Source: Candidatus Dormiibacterota bacterium (GTDB taxonomy: Bacteria; Chloroflexota; Dormibacteria; Aeolococcales; Bog-877). Taken from it: DNA of 64,000 nucleotides. Position 1 is the first letter of the stretch, and each line of letters starts with the position of its first letter. Positions 21,753 to 31,362 of the stretch are shown here, piece by piece. The notes below the pieces were generated by a model. That model saw only the letters and a program-made list of their open reading frames with translations, was not told where the DNA came from and made no database searches. The stretch lies in the NCBI GenBank assembly GCA_027306885.1, contig DAHUYV010000135.1, forward strand, positions 508 through 64,507, read 5' to 3'. The position numbers were made by a program, and so were the translations under genes.

Positions 21753-24362
21753 TTGGAGCCCGCCTACCGGCCGGAGGAGGCAGAGCGTCGCTGGGGGAGA
21801 CGGTGGGCGGAGCTGGGCGTGGGCGTGGCGGACCCGGCCAGCCGCCTGCCAACCTTCTCGATCGCCCTGCCGCCTCCCAACATCACGGGGGCGTTGCACA
21901 TGGGGCACGCCCTCAACGCCGTGATCCAGGACAGCCTCTGCCGCTATCACCGCATGCGGGGCTACGAGGTGCTCTGGGTCCCGGGGACCGACCACGCCGC
22001 CATCGCCACTCAGAACGTCATCGAGCGCCAGCTGGCCGCCGAGGGCACCAGCAAGGAGGAGATCGGCCGGGCTGAATTCGACGCGCGGGTCGCCGAGTGG
22101 TACCGCAACTACCAGGGCCGGATCGTGGAGCAGCTCCGCGGCATGGGGGCGAGCTGCGACTGGACCCGGGAGCGCTTCACCCTGGATCCCGCCTATGTGC
22201 GGGTGATCCGGATCGTGTTCAAGGCCCTGTTCGACCAGGGGTTGATCTACCGCGGACCGCGGATCGTCAACTGGTGCCCGCGCTGCGAGAGTGCCATCTC
22301 CGACGAGGAGGTGGAGTACCGCGAGCACGACGACCTCTTCTACCAGGTGCGGTATCCGTTGGTGGACGGCGAGGGCGGGGTGGAGGTGGCCACCACCCGC
22401 CCCGAGACCATCGTCGCCGACGTGGCGGTGGCGGTTTCCCCCGGGGACCAGCGGTTCACCCATCTGGTGGGGCGGATGGTGCGGGAGCCGATCTCCGGGC
22501 GCACCATCCCGGTGATCGAGGACGCGGCGGTGGATCCCCATCTCGGTACCGGTGCCCTCAAGATCACGCCCGGGCACGCTCCCGAGGACTTCGAGATCGG
22601 TCTGCGCCACGGGCTTCCGGTCCTCACCGTGATCAGCCTCAAGGGGACCATGCAGGTCAAGGAGGTTCCCGAGCTGGACGGGCTGCCCGTGGCCGAGGCC
22701 CGGGAGCGGGCCGCCGAGCTGCTGCGCCGCTCCGGGGCGCTGGTGCGGGCCGACCCCATCACCCACCAGGTGGGCCACTGCGACCGCTGCGGCGCGGTGA
22801 TCGAGCCCCTGGTCACCCCGCAGTGGTGGCTTCGGATGGAGAGCCTGGCGGCGCCGGCGGCGGCGGCGGCGGAGCACGGCGAGTTGCGCTTTCACCCGCC
22901 CCACTTCCGCACCCAGTACCTGGGGTGGCTTCACGGCCTGCGCGACTGGTGTGTCAGCCGACAGCTCTGGCTGGGTCACCGCATCCCGGTCGCGACCTGT
23001 GCCAACGGCCATGTGTTTGCCTTCGTCGAGGAGCCCGAGCGCTGCCCACAGTGTGGGGATCGCCAGCTCTCCGCCGATCCCGACGTGCTGGACACCTGGT
23101 TCTCCAGCTCCCTCTGGCCGTTCGCGATCCTCGGCTGGCCGGAGTCGACGGTGGAGCTGGAGCGCTTCTACCCCACCTCGGTGCTGAGCACCGGGCGCGA
23201 CATCATCTACCTCTGGGTGGCTCGAATGGTGATCATGGGGCTCCGCTTCACCGGTGATCTGCCCTTCCGGGACGTGATCTTCCACGCCACCATCCTCGGC
23301 GCGGACGGGGCCCGGCAGTCCAAGTCCCGGGGCAACGTGGTGGATCCGCTGGAGATGGTGGGGCGGCACGGGGCCGACGCCCTGCGGGGTTGGGGCGCCT
23401 CGGTGGCGATGGGCACCCAGGACTCGCGTTTTGACGAGACACGGCTCGACGGCTTCTCCCGCTTCGCCAACAAGCTGTGGAACATGGTCCGGCTGCTCCA
23501 CCTGGTCCACTTCCCGGAGGGGGAGGGCCGAATCCCCCCCGCCCTGGAGTCGGGGAGGGGCGAGCTGGCCGACCGTTGGGTCATCTCCCGCCTCTCCCTC
23601 CTGACCGCCGAGGTCACCGAGGCGATGGATCGCTTCGACCTCGGGGCCGCCGTCGAGTCGATCCGGCGCTTCAGCTGGGACGAGGTGGCCGACTGGTACC
23701 TGGAGCTGGTCAAGCCCCGCTTGGATCGCGGCGACGCCGCAGCGCTCTGGACCACCCGGAAGGTGCTCCTCACCACCGTCGCGCTGCTGCACCCGATCAT
23801 GCCGTTCGTCACCGAGGAGCTGGCCCAGCAGTTCGAGGGCACCCCGGATACCCTTGATGAGATGCCCTGGCCGGAGGTGGCCCCTGACCTCCGCGACCTG
23901 GAGGCGGAGGCCACGATGTCCGCGTTCCAAGAGCTGGCGGGGCATCTCCGGAGCTGGCTCCAGGAGCTGGGCGTCAGCCGGCGTCGCGGCGGACCGCGGG
24001 TGCCCCTTCGGCTTGCGGAGCTGGCCGCCGAGCTCCGCCAGCCAGAGGTGAAGCGCTATCTGGCCCAGCTCACCCCGGTGGAGTGGGAAGAGAGCGAGAA
24101 TGGGGCGGCGGAGGGGTTCGCGACCCTGGCGGTCGGCGGCAGCGTCATCCACCTGGGAGCGGGGGCCGCTCGCCACCAGGAGGTGAGGGCGAGGCTGGAG
24201 CGCGAGGTGCGGGAGCTGGAGTCGGTGAGGGCGAGCCTGGAGCGCAAGTTGGCCTCCGAGTTCGCGGTCAAGGCGCCGGCCGAGGTGGTGGCGAGGGAGC
24301 GCGCTCGGATGGAGGCAGCGGTGCGGCGCGAGGATCTGCTCCGTCGCTCGCTCAAGGGCTGA
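21753..24362 (+). CDS. valS: valyl-tRNA synthetase
   Basis: HMGH and KMSKS(-like) class I motifs; C-terminal coiled coil. Confidence 0.95.
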   Translation: MEPAYRPEEAERRWGRRWAELGVGVADPASRLPTFSIALPPPNITGALHMGHALNAVIQDSLCRYHRMRGYEVLWVPGTDHAAIATQNVIERQLAAEGTSKEEIGRAEFDARVAEWYRNYQGRIVEQLRGMGASCDWTRERFTLDPAYVRVIRIVFKALFDQGLIYRGPRIVNWCPRCESAISDEEVEYREHDDLFYQVRYPLVDGEGGVEVATTRPETIVADVAVAVSPGDQRFTHLVGRMVREPISGRTIPVIEDAAVDPHLGTGALKITPGHAPEDFEIGLRHGLPVLTVISLKGTMQVKEVPELDGLPVAEARERAAELLRRSGALVRADPITHQVGHCDRCGAVIEPLVTPQWWLRMESLAAPAAAAAEHGELRFHPPHFRTQYLGWLHGLRDWCVSRQLWLGHRIPVATCANGHVFAFVEEPERCPQCGDRQLSADPDVLDTWFSSSLWPFAILGWPESTVELERFYPTSVLSTGRDIIYLWVARMVIMGLRFTGDLPFRDVIFHATILGADGARQSKSRGNVVDPLEMVGRHGADALRGWGASVAMGTQDSRFDETRLDGFSRFANKLWNMVRLLHLVHFPEGEGRIPPALESGRGELADRWVISRLSLLTAEVTEAMDRFDLGAAVESIRRFSWDEVADWYLELVKPRLDRGDAAALWTTRKVLLTTVALLHPIMPFVTEELAQQFEGTPDTLDEMPWPEVAPDLRDLEAEATMSAFQELAGHLRSWLQELGVSRRRGGPRVPLRLAELAAELRQPEVKRYLAQLTPVEWEESENGAAEGFATLAVGGSVIHLGAGAARHQEVRARLEREVRELESVRASLERKLASEFAVKAPAEVVARERARMEAAVRREDLLRRSLKG

Positions 24363-24379
24363 GCCCGGGGCGGGGCTGA

Positions 24380-26086
24380 GTGCTCTCCCTGGAACATCTC
24401 CCCGCCCTGGCGCTGCTGGCCCTGGCCGCTGCCGCGCTGGCCGCCGGAGTCCTGGGCGGCCTGCTCCCGCAGCGCGCGGCCATCGCGGGCCGGGTCCTGG
24501 TCCGCCTTGGCCTGCTCGCGACCCTGGGGATCCTGGTGGACTTGGTGGCCGTCCTGCAGCCGGCAGGTTCGGTCGCGGTGGTGCTCTGGCGCATCGCCCC
24601 CACTCTCCCGGTCGAGCTCCAGGTTGACGTCGCGGGAGCGGCGGTGGCGATCGCCGCGACCACGGCCGCTCTGCTGGTCAGCCTCTCTGGACGCGATGGC
24701 GCTCTGGCATCGGCCGCCATCGGGGTCGCGGCGTTGGGCGCAATCCTGGCCAGCCTCTCCGGCGGTCTGCTCAGCCTGTACATCGGCCTGCAGCTCTCGG
24801 CGGTGGGCGGCATCGGGCTCAGCTACGCCCGCTCGCCCCGGGCGCCCAGCGGGCGGATGGTGGTCGCGGCCGTGGCCGACCAGGCGGTCACCCTGTTGTG
24901 GCTGGGGGCGGTGGTCGGGCTGAACCGGCAGACCGGCACGATGCTGTTCTCCGGGATCCCCACCGCCGCCGTCACCCTGCCCCTGGCCGGAATCCTCCTG
25001 ATCCCCGGGGTGGTGCGCCTGGTGGGTGCGGGGCTGGTGCCGGACGCGGCCAGCTCGGCCGGAACCGCCCATGCCCTGGACCTCGCCGACTGGCTGGCGG
25101 TGGTCGCCGTCCCCACCGGGCTCACCGTCCTGCTGCGGGTCCAGCAGCTGTCGGGGGGCACATGGCCCAATCCCGCCCTCGGGACGGGGCTCGACGGCCT
25201 CGCCGTCATCCTCGGCCTGGGGGCTGCGCTGCTGGTGGTGCGCGGCGGCACGGGCGCTGGCCTCCGCCCCCTGCTCCTGGTGTCCGGAGCCATGGTGTTG
25301 CTCGGCTTCGGCGCCAACTCCGCCCCCGGCACCGGCCTGGCGGTGGCGGCCGCCCTCTTCCTCGAGCTTGGCGTGCTGGTGGCCCCGCGGCTCCTGATCG
25401 CCGCCCCGTCCACCTCAGCCGAACGCCCTCTGCCCGCCTGGGGGGGCCAGGCGGCGCTGGTCGCCGCCACCGCACCGCTGTCGCTGGGGGTGACGGTGGC
25501 GGTGGTCGGCATCGCCCTCGCCCTGGCGGCCGGCCCCGGGGCCGGCCTGTTGCCCGGGCTGGGCTACGGCGTGTCTCTGGCGGTCCTGGCCCTGGCGTGG
25601 GCCCGGCTGCGTCGGGTACGGGTCCAGCCGCTGCCCTGGCCCCTCGCCCTGCCGGCGCTCGGGCTGGCGCTGGCCGCGGCTCTGCCCGGCGGCGTGCTCG
25701 CTTGGGTCGCGGCCCCGATCGCCAACCCCGGCGGGGCCGGGCTGCTCCCACTCACCACCCCCGATCCGCTCTCCGTCCAACTTCCCGGTCTGCTCTGGCC
25801 AGCTGGCTACCTGGCCGTCATCGTTGTGCTCCTCGGGAGTGGGCTGTGGGCGTTCAACGTGATCTTCGACCGGCCCCCACCCGAATTCGAGGCGGTGGTG
25901 CCGGCCTCCCCCCCGGCCGCGGCGATCGGCTGGGTTCGAGGGGCCAGGGCATTCAGGGTGACCCTCAGGACTGCCCGCGCCGTCCGGCTGGGCCTGGGGA
26001 TCTCCAGCCGGGAGCTCGCCGAGCGCCCGGTCTGGATGTGGCTGGCGGCGACCCTGACGGTCGCCTGGCTGCTGGTCCAGCGGTGA
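24380..26086 (+). CDS. large polytopic membrane protein (568 aa), weak NuoN/antiporter-like N-terminal resemblance
   Basis: At least 12 hydrophobic helices; LSLYIGLQLSAVGGIGL resembles NuoN LYVGLELLSL; strong GC3 bias. Confidence 0.55.
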   Translation: MLSLEHLPALALLALAAAALAAGVLGGLLPQRAAIAGRVLVRLGLLATLGILVDLVAVLQPAGSVAVVLWRIAPTLPVELQVDVAGAAVAIAATTAALLVSLSGRDGALASAAIGVAALGAILASLSGGLLSLYIGLQLSAVGGIGLSYARSPRAPSGRMVVAAVADQAVTLLWLGAVVGLNRQTGTMLFSGIPTAAVTLPLAGILLIPGVVRLVGAGLVPDAASSAGTAHALDLADWLAVVAVPTGLTVLLRVQQLSGGTWPNPALGTGLDGLAVILGLGAALLVVRGGTGAGLRPLLLVSGAMVLLGFGANSAPGTGLAVAAALFLELGVLVAPRLLIAAPSTSAERPLPAWGGQAALVAATAPLSLGVTVAVVGIALALAAGPGAGLLPGLGYGVSLAVLALAWARLRRVRVQPLPWPLALPALGLALAAALPGGVLAWVAAPIANPGGAGLLPLTTPDPLSVQLPGLLWPAGYLAVIVVLLGSGLWAFNVIFDRPPPEFEAVVPASPPAAAIGWVRGARAFRVTLRTARAVRLGLGISSRELAERPVWMWLAATLTVAWLLVQR

Positions 26087-26691
26087 TCGGGGCTTCGCTG
26101 CTGGCGGCGGGCGGCTTCGTGGCGGCCGCGGTGGCCCTCCTGGCCAGCGGGCCGCGGGGGTTCTGGCTGAGTGCTGTGGCGCTGGGCCTGGGCTTCGGCG
26201 GCGTCGCATTCCTCGCTGGGGGCCTGGCATCCCTGGCGGTCCCAGCCCTGGTCGGCCTGGTTTGCGCGCTGATGATCGGGTTGGGGGGGCGGGCCGAGCG
26301 GCTGACTTCACTGCGCTGGCTGCTGGGCAGCGCGCCCACCGTCGGCCGACCGCGCCTGTTCGGGCAGCTCAGCCTGCGTCTCCTGTTGGGGCTGGGCGGC
26401 CTTCTGGCTGCCCGCCTGCTCTCCGGCCACCTCGGCGCTGGGACGGTGAGCACCCAGGGCCCGGCCTTCGCCTGCCTCTTCGCCTGGGAGGTTGGCGTGA
26501 TCCGGTTGGGGACCGGGCGCGGCCCCGGCGACCTCGCCCTGGGGTCCCTGGCGATCGGCATGGGAGCCGGCGCCTTCATCCTCCTCGACTCGGGCGGGAC
26601 GGCGTGGCCGGCGGCGGCGCTGGCCGCCGGTGTCCCCGCCCTCGCCCTGGGGCTGCTCGCCCACACCGTGCCGTGGGAGGTCGGCGGTTGA
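26083..26691 (+). CDS. membrane protein (about 202 aa), operon member
   Basis: GTG start overlaps the previous stop (GTGA); hydrophobic throughout. Confidence 0.5.
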   Translation: MIGASLLAAGGFVAAAVALLASGPRGFWLSAVALGLGFGGVAFLAGGLASLAVPALVGLVCALMIGLGGRAERLTSLRWLLGSAPTVGRPRLFGQLSLRLLLGLGGLLAARLLSGHLGAGTVSTQGPAFACLFAWEVGVIRLGTGRGPGDLALGSLAIGMGAGAFILLDSGGTAWPAAALAAGVPALALGLLAHTVPWEVGG

Positions 26692-27932
26692 ATCCCGCGC
26701 TGATCGCCTCCTGCCTGGTCCCGATCCCGCTGGCGGTGGCGATCTGGCGCTTGGCGGCGGGCCCGGGCCCGAGGCTCTGGGCCGGCCTCGCCATCGCGGC
26801 GGCGGCGATCGCGGTGCTGGTGGTGAGCAGTCCGCTGCCGGCCGGGCACTTCCGGACCCTGGTGGACCTGGACGTGGGCTCGTTGGCCGCCACCCGGCTG
26901 GTGGTGGGAGTGGTCCTGGGAGGGCTGGCGGCTCACCTTGTGGAGACCGTGGTGGGCCGCCCATCGGGCTCGGGGCTCGCCGCCACCACGGTGCTGCTGG
27001 CCGCCCCGGCGCTCCTGGTGGCGACCAGCACGGGGTTGGTCACGATCGCCATCGGCTGCGGGCTGCTCCTGGGGATCGTCTGGGCGCGCTGGACCCGGGT
27101 GGCCGGGCCCCAGCTTCCGGTGCGCAGCCTGGCCCGCGAGACGGTCCTGGCCGTCGGGGCGGTTCTGGCCGCAGCGGCCCTGACCCCATCTGTGGAGTCG
27201 GGTTCGGCGCCGGGGGTGATGGTCGCGATCCTCCTCGCCGCGGCCGTCGCCAGCCTCATGGGGGTGGTCCCCTTCTCGATCCTGCCGGAGGCGGCGCGGC
27301 GGGTGGGTCCCGCCGAAGCCGCTCTCTGGCGGGTCTGGGTGCTGCCGGTGGGAGCGCTGCTCGGGCTCCGACTCGTTGCCGCCACGCCCCGGCCGGTCGG
27401 GGTGCCGCTGCAGGAGCTCCTCATCGCCCTCGGGGTGGCATCGGCCATCATCTGGGGGGCTCACTCCATAATCGCCGACCCCGAGGCCCGGTACTGGAGT
27501 TCCCTGGCCGCCGACTGCGGGCTGATGGCGGTGGCGGTGGGCCTGGGAAGCCCGACCGCGGTGGCGGCGCTCCTCCTTCTCCTCATCACCCATTGGCTCG
27601 CCGGTTCCGTCCTCGGCGAGAACACCGGGCGGCGTTCGCAGCTCCTCGCCTGGGTCGGAGTGTCCGGGACCCCGCCGTTCGGTGGCTTCACCGGCCGGTT
27701 GCTGCTGGTGCTCGCCGCCGCCCCGATCAGTGGGGCGCTGGTCGGGCTGCTCCTGCTGGCGAGCGGGCTCCAGCTGGCGGGGGCAGCGGTGGGCATGCGC
27801 GCCGCAGCCGGGACCGCGGCGCCCGGGGCTCTGCGTCGAGAGCTGCCGGCTCTGGCGGTGGCGATCGCGGCTCTGGCCCTGGGGGTGCTCCCCCAGCAGG
27901 CGCTGAGCTGGGTCTTTGGGGTGCACCTGTGA
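26688..27932 (+). CDS. polytopic membrane protein (about 414 aa), operon member
   Basis: TTG start overlaps the previous stop (TTGA); multiple transmembrane segments. Confidence 0.5.
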   Translation: MNPALIASCLVPIPLAVAIWRLAAGPGPRLWAGLAIAAAAIAVLVVSSPLPAGHFRTLVDLDVGSLAATRLVVGVVLGGLAAHLVETVVGRPSGSGLAATTVLLAAPALLVATSTGLVTIAIGCGLLLGIVWARWTRVAGPQLPVRSLARETVLAVGAVLAAAALTPSVESGSAPGVMVAILLAAAVASLMGVVPFSILPEAARRVGPAEAALWRVWVLPVGALLGLRLVAATPRPVGVPLQELLIALGVASAIIWGAHSIIADPEARYWSSLAADCGLMAVAVGLGSPTAVAALLLLLITHWLAGSVLGENTGRRSQLLAWVGVSGTPPFGGFTGRLLLVLAAAPISGALVGLLLLASGLQLAGAAVGMRAAAGTAAPGALRRELPALAVAIAALALGVLPQQALSWVFGVHL

Positions 27933-28657
27933 ACCACCTGCTGATCGCCCTCAGCCTCCTGGCCGCTATCTGCCTCTACCCCGGAGGGTTGACGCTGGTG
28001 GCCGCGGCGGCGGGGGCCGGGCTGGGATTCCTGCCCTTTGGCGGGGGGCAGGAGGGTGGGCGGCTCCGCGGACTGGCCGGCCCCCACCCACCGGTCACCC
28101 TGGCGGCCGCCGTCCTGGTGGTGCTCACCCTGCCCTGGCCCGGCAACCCCCTGGCTCAGCTCCTCCCTCTGGGGCTGGCCAGCTCCCCGGTTGGAGGGGT
28201 GCCGGTCACGATCGCCGGGCTGCTGTGGCTGCGGCCGCTGGCCGGGGGAGAAGGGGGCACCCGTCCAGCCATCCTCTACCCGGGGTTCCTTGGCATCCTG
28301 CTTCTGACCCTGGCCCTCACCCTGCACAGCCCAGGGTGGGAGGGGGTGGTCGGGGCGAGGGGCGCGGGTGCGGAGGTCGGGCGGGTGATCGTCGGGGTGA
28401 TCGGGCTGGCCTCGCTGCCGCTGTGGGGCGGGAGCCCCGCCCGGCCTCGGGGCGGGCTCACCTGGGCGCCGGTGATCGCCCTCTGCCTGTTTCTGATCAT
28501 TCCGGGGGTTGCAGGCTGGCCCGTGCCGGTTGCCCTGGGGCTCTGGGTGGTCGCCTCAGCGCTGGCGGGGGTGCTGGCCGGTCTCGGTGGCCGGGCCCTG
28601 GGCTCAGCTCAAATGGCCGGCTTGGCGGCCAGCGCTGGTAGAATATGGATCCCGTGA
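27929..28657 (+). CDS. membrane protein (about 242 aa), operon member
   Basis: GTG start overlaps the previous stop (GTGA); hydrophobic. Confidence 0.5.
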   Translation: MNHLLIALSLLAAICLYPGGLTLVAAAAGAGLGFLPFGGGQEGGRLRGLAGPHPPVTLAAAVLVVLTLPWPGNPLAQLLPLGLASSPVGGVPVTIAGLLWLRPLAGGEGGTRPAILYPGFLGILLLTLALTLHSPGWEGVVGARGAGAEVGRVIVGVIGLASLPLWGGSPARPRGGLTWAPVIALCLFLIIPGVAGWPVPVALGLWVVASALAGVLAGLGGRALGSAQMAGLAASAGRIWIP

Positions 28658-28733
28658 AGCTGACCCCGGTGACTTGCTCCACGGTGGCCGGTGCATCAAC
28701 GCTGGAGTCGGCGTTTGGGCAGGGCGGACGGCA

Positions 28734-29408
28734 GTGACCGAGCTGGTTTTGGCGTCCGGATCGGACCGCCGCCGGGAGCTGCTGCAGAGGCTGGGCCTGC
28801 GGGTGACGGTGGTCCGTCCCGACATCGATGAGACCATGCCGCCCGGGGTCTGCACCGACCTCGCGGTCCAACTCCTGGCCCGGGCCAAGGCTCACGCGGT
28901 GGTGCCATCGATGGGCGCCGGCGCTGCCTGCATTCTCGCCGCCGACACCGTCGTGGTCGGCCCCAGCGGTCCCCTCGGCAAGCCGTTGACCGTCGCCCGA
29001 GCGCGGGAGATGCTGCTCGAGTTGCGCGGGCAGCGCCACGTCGTCCTCTCGGGCATCTGCGCTCTCTGTCCCTCCACCGGGGAGGAGCGGATCGGGGTCT
29101 CTCGCTCGGCCGTGCGGATGCGGGACTTCGGCACCGATGAGCTGGAGCAGTACCTGGCCGGCGGTGAGCCCCTCGACAAGGCCGGGGCGTACGCCGTCCA
29201 GGGGCTGGGGGGAGCCCTGGTCGAGGCCATCGGCGGCCGCACCGACACCGTCATCGGCCTGGACTGCCAACTGGCCATGCGACTGCTTGGCGAGGTGGGG
29301 TACCCGGATCCACTTCCCACCGCCCCCGACCGCCAGGTGGTGCTGGGCAAGCACGCCAACACCAGGCGCCCTCTGGCCAGCTCCAACCACGGCGGGGGCC
29401 CGCGCTGA
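28734..29408 (+). CDS. maf: Maf-like nucleoside triphosphate pyrophosphatase
   Basis: LVLASGSDRRRELL N-terminus and AGAYAVQGLGG motif. Confidence 0.85.
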   Translation: MTELVLASGSDRRRELLQRLGLRVTVVRPDIDETMPPGVCTDLAVQLLARAKAHAVVPSMGAGAACILAADTVVVGPSGPLGKPLTVARAREMLLELRGQRHVVLSGICALCPSTGEERIGVSRSAVRMRDFGTDELEQYLAGGEPLDKAGAYAVQGLGGALVEAIGGRTDTVIGLDCQLAMRLLGEVGYPDPLPTAPDRQVVLGKHANTRRPLASSNHGGGPR

Positions 29409-30355
29409 AGCGTTCGCTGAGAGGGCTGGCAGCCGCGCTCCCGCTGCTTGCCATAGGGGGCGGCGCAGTCGCCGGCTGCGGCTCCAGCCCGACGCTGTCC
29501 GCGCTGAAGGTCTCGACCCAGGTGGTCTCGCTGGGTGGATATGCCACCTCCAACCAGGTGGCGCAGGGGACTGCCACCGACGTCCAGATGACGATCACCA
29601 ACGTGGGCACCGGGGCCGTGGAGGGGGTGACCCTCAGGGTGCAGGTTCCCTCCGGCCTCACCTACACCAACACCGTGTCGGTGGCGGAGAACGGCGACGC
29701 GGTCCGATCGGCCGACATCTCGCCGGTCTCCCGCGACGCTACCGTGACCTGGGGGTCCTGGACGATCGGCCCGGGCTCGCCGGGGCTGCTCAGCCAGGTC
29801 GTGGTCACGGCCCAGTTCTCGGCCACCGGGGCCAGTGGGGCGGCGGCCATCGTGCCCCAGGTGTTTGCGACCGGCTATTCCAGCGCCCTCACCGGCGCCG
29901 CGCTGACCCTCCAGGTCACCCCGGCACCCTCCCTGGATTTGACCCTGAGGGCGAGCCCGAGCTCGGTGAAGGCCGGTGGAACCATCAGCTACGTGGCCAC
30001 CATCACCAACACCGGCAGCGGCTCCGCGCCGGGCACGGTGCTGAGCGTGACCCTGCCCTCCGACTTCGACTACCAGTCCACCAACTCCACTTCGGGCAAC
30101 GCCAGCACCGGGGGAGCGACCTACCCCGTGGTTGGGTCGGTGATCCCCAACTGGATCGGCTTCGACATCCCCGGCGAGGGGTCGGGGGGGCCGGGGGTCC
30201 TCAGCCTCACCTTTCAGGTCAAGGTGCTGCCCGATGTCGGGGCCGGGGTGTACCAAGCCTCGGCCACGGTGGTGGCCGGCACCGGGTCCTCGTCGGAGAA
30301 CCAGCTGCAGCTGAACTTCACCGGACTGGCGCCGGTCCAGGTGACCGGGCCCTGA
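29405..30355 (+). CDS. secreted lipoprotein with two DUF11 (conserved repeat) domains; probable CTG start
   Basis: Signal peptide plus lipobox LKRSLRGLAAALPLLAIGGGAVAGC. Repeated ...TITNTGSG...VTLPSD... DUF11-like units. No ATG/GTG/TTG upstream of the signal peptide. Confidence 0.65.
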   Translation: MKRSLRGLAAALPLLAIGGGAVAGCGSSPTLSALKVSTQVVSLGGYATSNQVAQGTATDVQMTITNVGTGAVEGVTLRVQVPSGLTYTNTVSVAENGDAVRSADISPVSRDATVTWGSWTIGPGSPGLLSQVVVTAQFSATGASGAAAIVPQVFATGYSSALTGAALTLQVTPAPSLDLTLRASPSSVKAGGTISYVATITNTGSGSAPGTVLSVTLPSDFDYQSTNSTSGNASTGGATYPVVGSVIPNWIGFDIPGEGSGGPGVLSLTFQVKVLPDVGAGVYQASATVVAGTGSSSENQLQLNFTGLAPVQVTGP

Positions 30356-30470
30356 CCGAGCCCGGTCGGCGGTCTGATAAACTGCGCTCGACGTAGGCCC
30401 CAAGGGGCTTTCTCGCCTGCGCCTGGGAACCACGGCGCCCAGGCCCCACAGCCGCTGGTCGGGAGTTCGC

Positions 30471-31073
30471 ATGTACGCCATAGTCCAGGTCGGTGGCCGC
30501 CAGTACCGGGCGGCGGCCGGCAGCCGTGTCCTGGTCGACCGCCTGCAAGTTGAGGCGGGGGCGCCGATCGTGCTGGACGACGTGCGCATGCTGGTGGCCG
30601 AGGACGGCGACGGCAGTGCCACCGAGGTCGGCACTCCCAAGGTGGACGGGGCGCGGGTGAGCGCCACCGCTGTGTCCCACCTGCGGGGCCCCAAGGTCGT
30701 GGTCTTCAAGTACAAGCCCAAGAAGCGCTACCGGCGCACCCGCGGTTTCCGCGCCGAGCTGACCGAGCTGCGCATCGAGCGGGTCCTGCGCAAGGGCGAG
30801 GTGGAGGAGCCGGTCGAGACTCCGAGCGCGGCTGTCGCGCCGGCCTCGAAGACCCCCCGCCGGCGCACCCCAGCCGCCGCCAAGGTGGCGGACGAAGCGC
30901 CGGTGGTGGCGGCGAAGGAGGCGGCGGAGCTGGAGGTGCCGGTGGCAGCGGCCCCCGAGGTGGCCGCGGTCCTGCCCGAGGAGAAGCCGGTCGCCAAGCC
31001 CGCTCGCAAGCCGCGCCGGCCCGCCGCCGGCGCGACCGAGCCGGACCAGACAGGAGACCAGGATGGCTCATAA
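30471..31073 (+). CDS. rplU: ribosomal protein L21 with about 95-aa A/P/E/K-rich C-terminal extension
   Basis: [12 protein letters not shown]... L21 core (about 103 aa) followed by a low-complexity tail. Confidence 0.9.
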   Translation: MYAIVQVGGRQYRAAAGSRVLVDRLQVEAGAPIVLDDVRMLVAEDGDGSATEVGTPKVDGARVSATAVSHLRGPKVVVFKYKPKKRYRRTRGFRAELTELRIERVLRKGEVEEPVETPSAAVAPASKTPRRRTPAAAKVADEAPVVAAKEAAELEVPVAAAPEVAAVLPEEKPVAKPARKPRRPAAGATEPDQTGDQDGS

Positions 31074-31332
31074 GAAGGGTGGCGGCAGCAGCCGCAACGG
31101 CCGCGACAGCCAGTCCCAGCGGCTGGGCGTCAAGGTCTACGGGGGCCAGGAGGTGAGCGCGGGGGCCATCCTGGTGCGGCAGCGGGGGACCAGGATCCTG
31201 GCCGGCCCGGGAGTCGGAGTGGGCCGCGACCACACCCTGTTCGCGCTGACCCCGGGGCAGGTCACCTACCAGCCCTATCGCACCAGCCGCACCAGGGTCA
31301 CCGTCCACTCCACCGCCGGCACCGCTGGCTGA
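31063..31332 (+). CDS. rpmA: ribosomal protein L27
   Basis: [17 protein letters not shown]-terminus. Confidence 0.95.
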   Translation: MAHKKGGGSSRNGRDSQSQRLGVKVYGGQEVSAGAILVRQRGTRILAGPGVGVGRDHTLFALTPGQVTYQPYRTSRTRVTVHSTAGTAG

Positions 31333-31362
31333 CCAGGCGGTCGGGCCGGGCCCGAACCCCTC

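Noticed and set aside
20208-24176. 1322-aa ORF on the minus strand, antisense to metE and valS. Similar long antisense ORFs occur at 373..2919, 8312..10777, 15849..18065, 25965..27926 and elsewhere
   Set aside because: With roughly 72% GC and GC3-rich sense codons, stop codons are scarce in antisense frames. The products are Arg/Pro/Gly-rich low-complexity sequence with no motifs, and they fully overlap well-supported genes.
24898-26691. 597-aa ORF (frame +1) spanning the first two membrane genes
   Set aside because: Its 5' two-thirds is an Arg/Gly/Pro-rich alternate frame of the 568-aa membrane gene. Only the part from the GTG at 26083 is hydrophobic and coding-like, so it was split into a separate gene starting there.
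27925-27935. 1-nt disagreement between printed line coordinates and the ORF-track frame at the gene 3/gene 4 junction
   Set aside because: The ORF-track frames are self-consistent at both gene ends (26262 and 28657), so they were taken as authoritative. Coordinates I derived by hand may therefore carry a 1-nt error.
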